The translations under genes were made by a program, and so were the position numbers. DNA of 64,000 nt. Origin: Octopus sinensis (Eukaryota). Every line of letters starts with the position of its first letter. Within the stretch, counting starts at the first letter, position 1. Of this stretch, positions 52,837-64,000 are shown piece by piece. The stretch covers positions 1,364,001 to 1,428,000 of the forward strand of contig NC_043026.1 in assembly GCF_006345805.1 (NCBI RefSeq), in the 5' to 3' direction. Below the pieces are notes generated by a model that worked only from the letters and a program-made list of their open reading frames with translations, was not told the DNA's origin and did not search any database.

Positions 52837-53049
52837 ATAGATATGTGTATATATATGTGTATATATATGTGTGTGTGTATGTGTGTATATATATATATGT
52901 GTATGTATGTATATATATATGTGTGTGTGTGTGTATAAATTAGAAAAAAAACACCTTTTATCAATTCAAAATGAAAAATTAAATTATACCATCTAAAAAA
53001 TTACATATTATAGAAAGATTAAATATAAGATAAAACATATAATGACGAT

Positions 53050-54640
53050 TAAGTAATGTGCAAAATAATAAAACTGAACCTTATGTACCTATGCACCCTA
53101 GAATAACTTTGAAAGACCACAAGGAATATTTTTACTATGACCCTAAGGTTAGATTAATTTGTCCATGTAAATCAGATTTAGGTAAATTAAGTAAAATTAT
53201 TCTGGATAAATACATTAATAGATTAAATGAATTTAATTACCTTAAACTTTGGACCAGTACTAATGATACTTTAAAATGGTTTCATAATACTAAAGATAAA
53301 AATAAATCTAAGTTCATTCAAATAGATATAGATAATTATTATTCTTCTATTAATGAGATCGTACTTAATAAAGCCCTAATATATGCAATGAATAAGGTAA
53401 GAATGAACTCTGATGAAGTTAATGTTATTAAGATGGCTAGGAAATCATTCATTAGATACAATAATAAATTATGGGCTAGGAAGGATACTAGAAACTTTTT
53501 TGATATACCTATGGGGCACCAGATTCTGCACAGGCTACTGATTTAGTAGGTATTTATTTATTATCAGAACTTCAATTTGAAAATTTAAATTTGGAGGTTG
53601 GTTTATATAGGGATGACCTTGTATTACTTACTAGAGATTGTACAAATAGAAAATTAGAATTATATAAAAAGAAACTTTATAATTTCTTTAAAAGATATGG
53701 TTTAAGTATTACTATTTATAATGAGAACTATAATGTTAATTATTTAGATGTTAATTTTAATTTAATAACGGGTAAAACCCAGCCATTCCATAAAATTAAT
53801 GAAAATCTCAGATATATTAATGCTTATAGTAATCATCCACCTTCTGTTAAAAAATCGTTGATAAATAATGTAGGTAAAAGAATATCCTTACTTTCTTATG
53901 ATTTAGAGATTTTTAATAAACATGCACCTTATTATAATAAAGACCTACATGAAGCAGGATACAATAATAATAATAATAACTTTAATACTTGTAAACATAA
54001 TTATAATTTGAAATAAATTATCTAAATGATTTTTATAATGATAAATCTAATTATCTGGATTAGGAAAATATTATCTTAATAATAATAGGTATTTTGATGA
54101 TGTAAATCATACATTTAATATTGGAATAAAAAATAAAAATAGAAATAAAAATTAAAATAAGATAAAATTTAATTCAATTAATGAAGATAATAATTTTAAT
54201 ATTACTAAAAAATATGATAATAATAATGATAATGATAATAATAATAATAATATAAAATAAAAATAAAATATAGTTAATCGTTCCTTTTGGGGTTCAGGTT
54301 AAAACAAATCTTATTAAAGAGATTTTAAAATATAATTGAAATATTCATTAGGGATAATAAAAAATATTATAACATTTTTTCTAAAGATAATTTTGGAGTT
54401 GGGTATTCAACTACTAATAATGTTGGTAATATTATTTTTCATATAATATATTTAAATTTAAGAAATTCTATAAAGATAGATTAAATATTGATTCCAATAA
54501 TAATAACAAAGACCAAGATTTAATTTATTGTACATATAGGGATAAGACTACATTTAAATTTAATAATAATTGTAATTTAGATAATGTAGTCTATGGTAAC
54601 TTTAATAGATGATAATAATTTGAATTATCATAATTTAAAT
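53050..54640 (+). mobile_element. Penelope-like retroelement (RT plus start of GIY-YIG region), frameshifted, very AT-rich
   Basis: RITLKDHK, VRLICPCKSDLGKLSK, IQIDIDNYYSSI, FDIPMG/APDSAQATDLVG, GLYRDD, YLDVNFNL, SNHPPSV. Confidence 0.9.
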
Positions 54641-54703
54641 ACTATTTAATGGTTCAAATATACACACACCCATTATATAAACTAACTATATTATTAATAT
54701 ATA

Positions 54704-55993
54704 CGAGGGGCGTTCAATAAGTAATGCCCCTGTCCCACTTCCCATAGCAGTAAAGCAACGAAACTTGGCACAGTTATTAGTCTTTTTCTACATAGGAACC
54801 ACCCAGAGTTACGCATTTCTCCCATTGTTTGATGCAGCTCTGGAGACCGTTTTTGTAGAAGAACCCAGCTTGGTCCTCCAACCTCAACGTGACTTCAGAA
54901 ATCAAGGCTGCATCATCTGGGAAACGCTTTCCTTTCAAAAACAACTTCATGACTGGGAAGAGGTGAAAATCAGAGGGTGCAAGGTCAGGAAAGTAGGGGG
55001 ATGGGGGAGGAGTTCATAGCCATACGCCTGTGCTTCTGATCTGGCGACAAGTGAGTTGTGGACCGGAGCGTTGTCCTGCAGGAGGAGGATGCCTTTGCTG
55101 ATCTTGCCCCGCCTCTTGATTTTGATAACTTCTCTTAATTTCCTCAAAAGTGAAGCATAATAAGCTCCTGCAATTGTGGTACCCTTTGCCAGGAAATCTG
55201 TCATCACTACAACGTCCTGGTCCCAGAAGACTGTGAGCATGACCTTGCCAGCGGAGGGCTGCACCCTTGCCTTCTTTGGAGGGGGTGAGTCACAGTGCTT
55301 CCACTGCATTGACTGGGCTTTGGTCTCTGGATCATCGTGATGGACCCAGGTTTCATCCTGTGTAATCAGTCTTTTGAAAAATTTTGACTCATCTTCTTGG
55401 TACATCTCCAAATTCATCCTCGAGCACTCGACGCGTTCTTGCTTCTGGAAAGACGTGAGCAACCTGGGAATCCATCTGGCAGATACCTTTTGCATATGCA
55501 AATGGTCATGAATGATAGTTTCCACAGACCCGGTACTAATCTTGACCTCATGGGCTATTTGGCGAATAATTATGCGTCGATCTTCCAAAATGGCAGCCTC
55601 AACTTGACGGACAGATGCCTCATCAATGGCAGAAGGGGCGACCAGATCTGGGAGATGTTTCCACAGAGTTCCGACCATGTTTGAATTCACGATGCCAGCG
55701 TTTTACAAGGTCATATGATGGGGCATCATCACCATAAGTTACTTTCATTTCATCAAAAGTCTCCCGTGGTGTGTGTCCTTTCAAATACAAAACCCGGATC
55801 ACTGCTCGACACTCAACAGGCTCCATTTCACACTTGACTCGGTTCAAACACCTGTAAATCAGAAACCACAATTAATTCAGAGCTGTAATTTGCCACTTAC
55901 TCTATAGAGATATAAATGATTGCACATGCAAAATTTCAGCTAGATCAAACAACTGCAAGTGGGTCAGAGGCATTACTTATTGAACGTCCCTCG
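54704..55993 (-). mobile_element. Full-length mariner (DD34D-type), 1290 bp, transposase broken by two frameshifts
   Basis: TIRs cgaggggcgttcaataagtaatgcc (24/25 match), TA at both ends. Transposase 54777-55826 with WIPRLL, QDETW, QDNAPVH and PDLAPSD-like motifs. Confidence 0.95.
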
Positions 55994-57224
55994 TATGTAG
56001 TATCTATAGATTTAATATTTCCCTCAATAATATAGTTGACCAAAATATCAATTAATATAAAACTAATTTACTTAAATGTAATACTACGTAATAAATATAC
56101 CACCTAATTATTAAATAATGTATTGTCTAACAAAACTAATTCTCAAATTAAATTATATATAATACGTTAAATCCCTTTATAAAAAAATAATAATAAAGCA
56201 TATTAAATAAATGGATATCATAACTAATAACTATCAAGAAACTATATATAAAAATAATAATATTTCAACAACAATAATAATAATAACAACAACAACAACA
56301 ACAATAATAATAATAATAATAATAATCAAACCCATTACAATTCAAAAGCCAAATAATATTGATAACCAAAAAACATTACTTAGCTTGTCGATGAAAATTA
56401 TATAACTGAATTTTAAATGTAAAAAAAATAGGTCTTAGCGTTTATAAGAAATTAAACTCGTGAAGACGTTGTTTGATCAAATAGAATAAAATTATTAATG
56501 AAAATGACGAAAACTATTTATTAATGAAAAAGATGAAAAGTATTTAAGCTTCATGAATTAAAGAAAAATAAGGAAAATAGAATAACAAATGACTATAAAT
56601 TTAATTCCAAATAATTATTACGTAAAATATAATATTAAATTAATTTCTATTACTATAACTAATAGGTCTTAATAAAATTATATATAATCATTTATGTATT
56701 AAGAAATATTTAAGTTTAATATTGTTCAAATATATTAATATAATATATAATAATATAGTAAATGATACTCTAACACTATTAAATTATTTCTACAAGAAAT
56801 AAATAACATAAAACGAAATAATGTTTTATACATACTGAAAAATAAGTTAAACGTATTATATAGGTAAATAAATTTGTTAGCATTTAATTTTAAATGACTA
56901 TTTACTATAAATTTAAAGTCTAAATAATAAGTAAGTAAAATAAATATATAATATTTAAATTAATTCATATTACTATAATTAATATATCCTAATATATTTA
57001 TATAATCATTTATTTATTAGCTACACCTATTATATAGGTAATTTAATTTATGTTTACGTTTAATTTTACGTTCCTCCAATAAGTTTACCAACACCATAAT
57101 TGTTATTAAATAATATTTCTTTAAATTCATTATTACACAGTGAACAATAATTACTCCCTATACAATATGATTTAGCCTACAAATAACCCCCCCAAGTTAA
57201 TTTATATTTAATAGATCTCTCTTT

Positions 57225-57640
57225 ACTCTTTTACTCTTTTACTTGTTTCAGTCATTTGACTGCGGCCATGCTGGAGCATTGCCTTTTAATCGAGCAACTC
57301 GACCCCGGGACTTATTCCTTTGTAAGCTCAGTACTTATTCTATCGGTCTCTTTTGCCGAACCGCTAAGTAACGGGGACATAAACACACCAGCATCGGTTG
57401 TCAAGCAATGCTAAGGGGACAAACACAGACACACAAACACACACACGCATGTATATATATATATATACATATATACGACAGGCTTCTTTTCAGTTTCCGT
57501 CTACCAAATCCACTCACAAGGCTTTGGTCGGCCCGAGGCTATAGTAGAAGACACTTGCCCAAGGTGCCACGCAGTGGGACTGAACCCAGAACCATGTGGT
57601 TGGTAAACAAGCTACTTACCTCACAGCCACTCCTGTGCCT
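57225..57640 (-). mobile_element. tRNA-derived SINE family A, full length. Other copies: 9500-9620(-), 12545-12880(-), 16165-18150(+, split), 28240-28600(-), 44010-44420(-), 49200-49360(-), 52030-52320(-), 62440-62790(+)
   Basis: Shared gtggctgtgtggtaagtagc..gggttcagtccc head, central (TA/TG) microsatellite and ggccgcagtcaaatgactgaaacaag(taaaagag)n tail. Confidence 0.9.
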
Positions 57641-57650
57641 ATTAAACCAC

Positions 57651-57723
57651 TGGTTCCGCTGGGGATCAAACCCAGGGCCTCTCGCGTGTGAAGCAAGTGT
57701 GATAACCACTACACTACGGAACC
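57651..57723 (-). tRNA. tRNA-Val(CAC), possibly pseudogene (T-loop TTT instead of TTC)
   Basis: Minus strand GGTTCCGTAGTGTAGTGGTTATCACACTTGCTTCACACGCGAGAGGCCCTGGGTTTGATCCCCAGCGGAACCA, 73 nt. 7-bp acceptor stem GGTTCCG/CGGAACC, T stem CTGGG/CCCAG, anticodon CAC at 57688-57690. Confidence 0.9.
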
Positions 57724-57916
57724 AAATATATTTACTGAGACCTCTTGAATTTATTAGATTTTTTTCCTAAAAGAATACATATGTTGAGATACTCTAGATT
57801 TAATTTTATTCGAAGTGGACCCTATATATATAACCCTTGGTTGTTCAAGGAGCATACATTTAATTATGTATGGGGTTTCTTCCTCCATGTCACCTTAAGC
57901 ACCATACATAGCTTAA

Positions 57917-58109
57917 GGTGACATAACATGCTTCAAAAGTTATAAGCTTTACATTTCACTTTTGTTCCAAGTCAGATGCTGGTGATGTGTTGCTAGTAGT
58001 TCACACAATGTGTGTGAAGTGAGGAAATTTGTGATCAGGAAGTGAGTGATAAGAAAAAAAAAATACAAAGAATGTAAATCTTATAACTTTTGAAGCATGT
58101 TACATCACC
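57917..58109. mobile_element. Small MITE (~30-bp TIRs) just upstream of the TM2 exon
   Basis: ggtga..taacatgcttcaaaagttataag versus its reverse complement at 58080-58109; adjacent perfect 14-bp hairpin at 57887-57924. Confidence 0.55.
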
Positions 58110-58252
58110 CAATGAGGCTTCCTGCACTGTGCATTGCACCTGATGTCATTGCATCGTCCCCCACCCAATAGTGAAGAAGGGGCATAAAATAATAGTGATA
58201 ATTGAAACCATCTTTGCATTGTGCTTTCCCTGTTCTTATGTCTATTTTTCAG

Positions 58253-58350
58253 GTGCCTTACCGATACGCCTTGCCGTTTTCTTGTTCCCCCTTCTGTTGC
58301 TGATGGCTGGATATGCCTTACGGAGAATGCAGAAGCAGAATTGTGCAACG
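58253..58350 (+). CDS. Exon encoding predicted TM helix 2: (S)ALPIRLAVFLFPLLLLMAGYALRRMQKQNCAT
   Basis: Acceptor tctatttttcAG, donor GTTAGT at 58351. Phase 1 to phase 0; hydrophobic run followed by basic RRMQKQ (positive-inside). No stop codon, so the gene continues downstream. Confidence 0.8.
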
Positions 58351-59104
58351 GTTAGTTCTTGTTCCTGTTATTTATTGTCCTAATAGCACCAGTGTAGCTC
58401 TGACCAAGCAAGCTTATGGCACATAAGTGTTACTGGTCCTCACTGCATCATTGCAATCCTGTTCTACCCTGCTCCTCTATATACCCAGATTTCACCCTCT
58501 TTGCATTCACATGAACTCTCTCCCTGTTCACCCTCGGCATATAATTTACCACTACCATCCCATTTATATTCTCATCCCTGTACCTTTAGAGTATGCTCTG
58601 GCACATTGCCACCATCTCTCTCTTACCCTTGTTCTCTCTGCACTCTCACACTCTCTCATTCTCTCTCTCTCTCTCTCTCTCTCATGATTAGACAATCATA
58701 AGGTTCATCATGCAAATACACTTTTCTAAATAAACTATTGCATACTCTAACCCAGAGCGGTTTATTAAATGGAATAAATACTATCTCAACTGTTCATACT
58801 ACTTGTGTATTTGTTGTAGTTTAGCCCATGGTCAACTTATATCCAGCTAACCTATGGCATGCAGATCTATTGTTCCTAATATGCTATGCATCCACATGGC
58901 GAAGATCCAAATTATGTACTTTGAAATATAGTGTTCATATCATGTACTCGGACATTTAGTATCCCATACTGTGTACTTTTATGTGTCATATTCATACTTT
59001 TTACATTCAAACATGATTTCTATGCTCCCATACTATGCAATGGCCTCCAGTGTGCTCATTCTCTGTACACTGCTTTGGATTCTGAGTTCAATTCCAGGCA
59101 GTGA

Positions 59105-59157
<53 letters not shown>

Positions 59158-59213
59158 GCAACAATATTGAAAATTACCTTAGGAATGCGGACCCAGGTTC
59201 GAAATTTCCTCAA

Positions 59214-59259
59214 GACACCTGATGAATGCTGGAGGGTATATCAGCCGAAACATTGAGTT
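59214..59259 (+). ncRNA. Decayed hammerhead-like motif (same family as 5847-5892)
   Basis: gacac CTGATGA a tgctg..cagcc GAA ACAT T gagtt. The copy at 5847-5892 has core and stem III substitutions. Confidence 0.45.
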
Positions 59260-59319
59260 AACAACAAACAAGATGAGGACAAATATCCGTCAAATGTAAA
59301 TAATGTAAATAATGTTATT

Positions 59320-59630
59320 CAAGAGCTCAGTTATGAAGTTCTGCTGCAGCCACATTATTCTCTGGCTACCTTCAGTTATTACCTTTTTTGGTTGCTCTCC
59401 AACAATGACATTCAACAATGACAAAGAGCTGAAAACATGGCTTAATGAATTCTTTGGGTTAAAACCCAGTGATTTCTGCCATCAAGGAATTGACAAGCTG
59501 GGGCAACATTAGCAAGACAATATGAACAACGAAGGAGAATATATTATTAATTGATTTGTTAATATTGTTGATGAAAAATAAACATTAAAATAAATGGAAA
59601 TAAACAAAAGAACAAATTTTCTGACAACTC
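59320..59630 (+). mobile_element. mariner 3' fragment
   Basis: TFNNDKELKTWLNEFFGLKPSDFCHQGIDKL. Confidence 0.7.
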
Positions 59631-59819
59631 AGTATATATAGATACATACACACAAACACACATACACTAGTATAAACATAATCATCCATATGGTTATATT
59701 GATAGTAGTGTGTGTGTGTGTGTGTGTGTGGGTGTGGGTGTGTGTGGGGGGTGTCTGCATGTAAAGCAGTTTGTGTAACTGTGTTTCTCTGTGTATGCAG
59801 GGCATTATGTATGTCTGTG

Positions 59820-61775
59820 AATATTAACAGGAGCTGGCCAGGTCGAAAATCTACCCAAGGTTATTGTATTTGTTTGGCAGGGATTTTACGGCAAGCACCA
59901 ATCACTCCACGTAGCACTAGCAGAGGTTTTGGCAAGATTTTTACAGCTGGATGCCCTTCCAGACACCAACCAAATTCCAGTGTGGACTAAGGTGCTTTTA
60001 ATATGGCAGGGTAACCAAGTAACTCACAAGGAATTATGAGGGGCAGGGCATTTGTGTGAGAGGATGAAAGTTAGAGTATGACAAAGAGAGAGGTACAGAA
60101 AGGGGCCAGAAACAAGTGTGCTGATGTAAAGGTGATACTTGGTTACCTAATCAAAGGAAAAACAGGAGAAGGAGAGAGAGAATGACCAAAGGGAAACAGA
60201 GAGAGAGAGAGAGTGTAGGAAACAGCAAAAGTGTTAGAGAGAGTAGAAGAGAGATGGTGTAGTGCTAGGGTACACTCACAAGTAACAAGAATATGAGCAT
60301 AGAACGTGGTTAGAAAAATGGAGAGTGGGGGTTGGAGGGAGCAGCAATACAGTGAGTGGGGCAGCGAGGGCAAGGAAGAGGATTGGAAAACAATCGTAAT
60401 TTATGAAGAGGAAATGTGAGGAAGAGAAAGATGCAGTTAGAAGAGGGTTTGTAGTTTGATTTCTTAGGGTAGAGTGGGTGAAAAATGTGTTGTAACATGA
60501 GAGTGGGGGCACAACTCTTCTAGCACTCACTTCCATGCATGGGTCTTATATAAAGACTTCATATTGCCAAACATCTCAGTCCATTGTCATTTCCTCCATG
60601 AGCCCCAACATCCTAAGATCAATCCTCACCACTTTATCTCATGTCTTCCTGGGTCTCCCTCATCCACAGTTACTACCCACTTTCAGCAACAAGCACTTCT
60701 GTATACAGCTATCTTTACTCATATGCATCACATGTCCAAACCAACGCAGTCTCCTCTCCTGCATACCACTTTTAATCCCTCTTATGCTTTGTCGGTCATG
60801 CACACTGATGTTGCAAATCCAATGGAGCATGCTACCTTCATTCCTCTCCAGCCTACGCATATCCTCCGCAGTCAGAACCCATGTCTCACCTCCATGTAAC
60901 ATAAACTGTTCTCACACAATCATCATACAACTTACTTTTCACTCTGAAAGAGAGTCCTTTTGCTGCCAACAGAGGTAGTAGTTCTTTGAACTTCCTCCAC
61001 CCTATTCTTATTCCAGAAACAATACTTTCAGAACATCCACCACCATTACTAACTAACTACTCCCTCAAGAGAGCCTGCTAGGCATTTGAGAGCGTTTAAG
61101 TCCCTCATACTCTTAGTACTTACTGTTCCTATGCATCCTTATCTGATAATCTTCCCATGATTCCACTGCATCTCTTATGCGTCCATAGGTTATACTTGGT
61201 GCAGCGGATGGAATTACATCCCACTCCTTTCCTACATTTTGAACAGGGCTATTTGCCAGCCAGAATGAGAGTCTTATCTCCTTTCTCGCAAACAACTTTA
61301 GCCTTAGCTAAGTTAACTTTAAGGCCCTTTGATTCCAGGTTTTGCCTCCAAACCTGGAACTCCTCCAATTCTGCTTCAGATTCTGTAATAAGAGCAAAAT
61401 CGTCAGCATATAGTAGTTCCTATGAGCATCCAGTTTTGAATTCATCTCTTTTGGCCTGGAGAACTATGATAAATAAGAGTGGACTAAGAACTGATCCCTG
61501 GTGTACTCCAACTGTATTCAAGGTCAACTCTCACCTTACTGACAGCATCGCTGTACATGGCTTGAACCACTCTAACAAGCCACTCCTCTGCCCATAGCTT
61601 CCTTAGAGACCACCAAATATGAGAGTGGGGAACCCTGTCAAAAGCTTTCTCCAGGCCGACGAAGGCTAAGTACAATGGTTTACTTTTAGCCAAATACTTT
61701 TCTTGAAACTGTCTCACTATGAAGATGACATCTGTGGTACTTCTTCCAAGAACAAAACCAAACTGCATCTCATTT
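59820..61775 (-). mobile_element. RTE-clade LINE 3' part, degenerate
   Basis: MQFGFV.GRSTTD..FIVRQ.QEK, AFDRVP, YADD-like, MLHGGETW, RRLRWFGHV pieces in minus-strand ORFs 61484-61768 and 60660-60902. Confidence 0.88.
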
Positions 61776-61797
61776 AGTTTAATTCTATACCTAATTA

Positions 61798-62900
61798 TCA
61801 GGTCATCCCATAAGTTCTGTCAGATTTTACCTTTTTGAAAATTGAATGAAACTTAATAGTATTTTAGAATGTCTAATGGAATTAAAAATTATTTTTATGC
61901 ATTTGTGTATATTTAAACTAATTAAATATTATTTTACAGAATAATAGAATGAAAATTTCTTTGATTAAAACCCTTTCTAACATGGAAGTATCCAAAGAGC
62001 ATTTAAGGCACATAATGCTTTATGAGTACAAAAAAGGAAACTCTGCAGCCAAAGTGACTCGAAACATACACTCAGTTTATGGGAAAGAATGCTTGAATGA
62101 AAGAACTGGTAGAAGATGGTTTTCAAAATTCAGAAGTGGAGTTGCCAAGGAGATGCCTCCTTGAGGCATCACTTGAAGAAAATCCTGTATTATCAGTTGA
62201 AGGATTGGCAATAAAGCTTAGTTCAAACCATACAACTGTTTATCGTCATCTTCAACATCTTGGAAAGGTTCCTAAACTTGGAAAAGGGGTGCTTCGGACG
62301 AAAGCAACTGCAAATCCCAAGTTGACCTCTGCTCTTCTCTCCATTCTCGTGAACTCATTTCACCTTTTTTGGATAGACTTGTGACTGGTGACAAAAAATG
62401 GATCTTCTATCAAAATGTTAAACATTGTAAACAGTGGAGTGGATGTGTGGTAAGTAGCTTGTTTACCAACCACATGGTTCCGGGTTCTACTATAGCCTCG
62501 GGCCAACCAAAGCCTTGTGAGTGGATTTGGTAGACGGAAACTGAAAGAAGCCCGTCGTATATATATGTATGTGTGTATGTTTATCTGTCTGTGTTTGTCC
62601 CCCTAGCATTGCTTGACAACCGATGCTGGTGTGTTTATATCCCCGTCACTTAGTGGTTTGGCAAAAGAGACCGAAAGAATAAGTACTGGGCTTACAAAGA
62701 ATAAGTCCCGGGGTCGAGTTGCTCGATTAAAGGCGGTGCTCCAGCATGGCCGCAGTCAAATGACTGAAACAAGTTAAAGAAAAAGAAAAAAAAGAAAAGT
62801 GGCTTGGTAAAAAAAAAAAGCTCAACCAAAACCGAGAATGGAACTTCATGGGAAAAAGGTTTTTTTCTCTATCTGGTGGGATTGCAAAGGAGTAATTACA
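61798..62900 (+). mobile_element. mariner relic interrupted by a SINE (62440-62790)
   Basis: TA|tcaggtcatcccataagttctgtc TIR, MEVSKEHLRHIMLYEYKKG, VTGDKKW, LHGKKVF.SIWWDCKGVI. Confidence 0.8.
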
Positions 62901-63761
62901 CAGACCTCCCCCCCCCGCCTCCACCACAACCAAACTCAACACTTAGTTGGTACTCATTCAGCTCTATCGGATACCAAAATACAACGGAGGTACGGCCCTT
63001 CTATCAAATTCATTTCTTGCACGTGCTTAGGCTTCCCTAAGAACTTGGGGCTAAAATAATACAAAACATTTACAGCACTTCTCGCATCGTATCAATTTAC
63101 ACAAGAACACATATCAGGTTATCTTTGCATGTCTGAAAATTCCAGGATCATTAGTTATTGATTATGATTTAGAACGTCATTGAAGAAAACGGTTTTTGAA
63201 GCTACACACAAACTAAAAAGGCAGAAGTTGCTCCGTGTCAGTTCGAAAAAAACTCAACTTTGAATATTGCAGCAAGGTTATTTCTTTTCTATAATGATAA
63301 TCAATTCCAGACTAGAGGAGATACTCCGTCAGTTACGACGACGAGTGTTCCAATTGATCCAATCACCGGATCAGCCTGCTTCATGAAATTAATGCCAAAG
63401 TGGTTGAGAGCACCCCACAGGAAGGCATTCAGATTACTTTGTGAAATGTAATGCTTATTTATTTCACATTATTTTATTTATATTTGTTTGTCAGTTGCTT
63501 GACCATAACCGCTTGACCACATAGTTCTCAGCAGGATTCAGCATGACACAGAGCGTGACAAGGCTGGGCCTTTGAAATGTAGGTACTCCTCATTTTTGCC
63601 AGCTGAGTGGACTGCAACAATGCAGTATGTGGTTGAAAAACACACACACGATCAGCTTCTATACGGTCTCCACTTCTCAAATTTCACTCATGAAGCATTG
63701 CCAATCCAACAAGTAAAGATGTTCTTGCTCAAAGTGCCATGCACTAGATGGTTGAGAAATA

Positions 63762-64000
63762 TCAGGTCATCCCATAAGTTCTGTCCGATTTTACCTTTTT
63801 GAAAATTGAATGAAATTCAATAGTATTTTTACAATATCTAATGGAATTAGAAATTACTTTTATGCATTTGTGTACATTTAAACTAATTAAATATTATTTT
63901 ACAGAATAATAGAATTAAAATTTTTAATTGATTAAAACCCTTTCTAACATGGAAGTATCCAAAGAGAATTTGAAGCATATAATGCTTTATGAGTACAAAA
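63762..64000 (+). mobile_element. 5' end of a second copy of the same mariner (runs off the window)
   Basis: Near-identical to 61798-62035. Confidence 0.85.

Noticed and set aside
55996-57200. NUMT (mitochondrial insertion) hypothesis for the AT-rich tract
   Set aside because: I could not recognise any mitochondrial rRNA, tRNA or protein motif; BLAST against the mitogenome would settle it.
63260-63451. Possible next exon of the TIR gene (ttccAG acceptor at ~63309)
   Set aside because: The phase-0 reading gives no TMEM268-like sequence and ends in a stop; the other frames close quickly and no good donor is present. More likely a TE relic; left unassigned.

Overview
Repeat-dense animal genomic DNA, most consistent with an Octopus-like coleoid cephalopod (inferred from the SINE families, microsatellite load and multi-kb introns). 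One host gene is supported on the + strand. Four phase-compatible exons (28930-30102, 48488-48609, 52432-52609, 58253-58350) splice into one frame that continues beyond what I can trace. The protein has an N-terminal TIR domain split by a ~189-aa low-complexity/repeat insertion, followed by a two-transmembrane module resembling TMEM268. A candidate promoter lies near 20.8-21.0 kb, and a tRNA-Val(CAC) lies antisense in an intron. The rest is transposon-derived: CR1-like and RTE LINEs, Penelope-like elements (PLEs), mariner, maT, piggyBac and Chapaev3 DNA transposons, MITEs, tRNA-derived SINEs and microsatellites. Eight minimal hammerhead-ribozyme-like motifs occur in PLE termini. Two of them carry a compensatory G3-C8 core (GTGAACA instead of CTGANGA), and two pairs are arranged as head-to-head foldbacks. 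Family assignments come from motif recognition only; no searches or folding programs were run.
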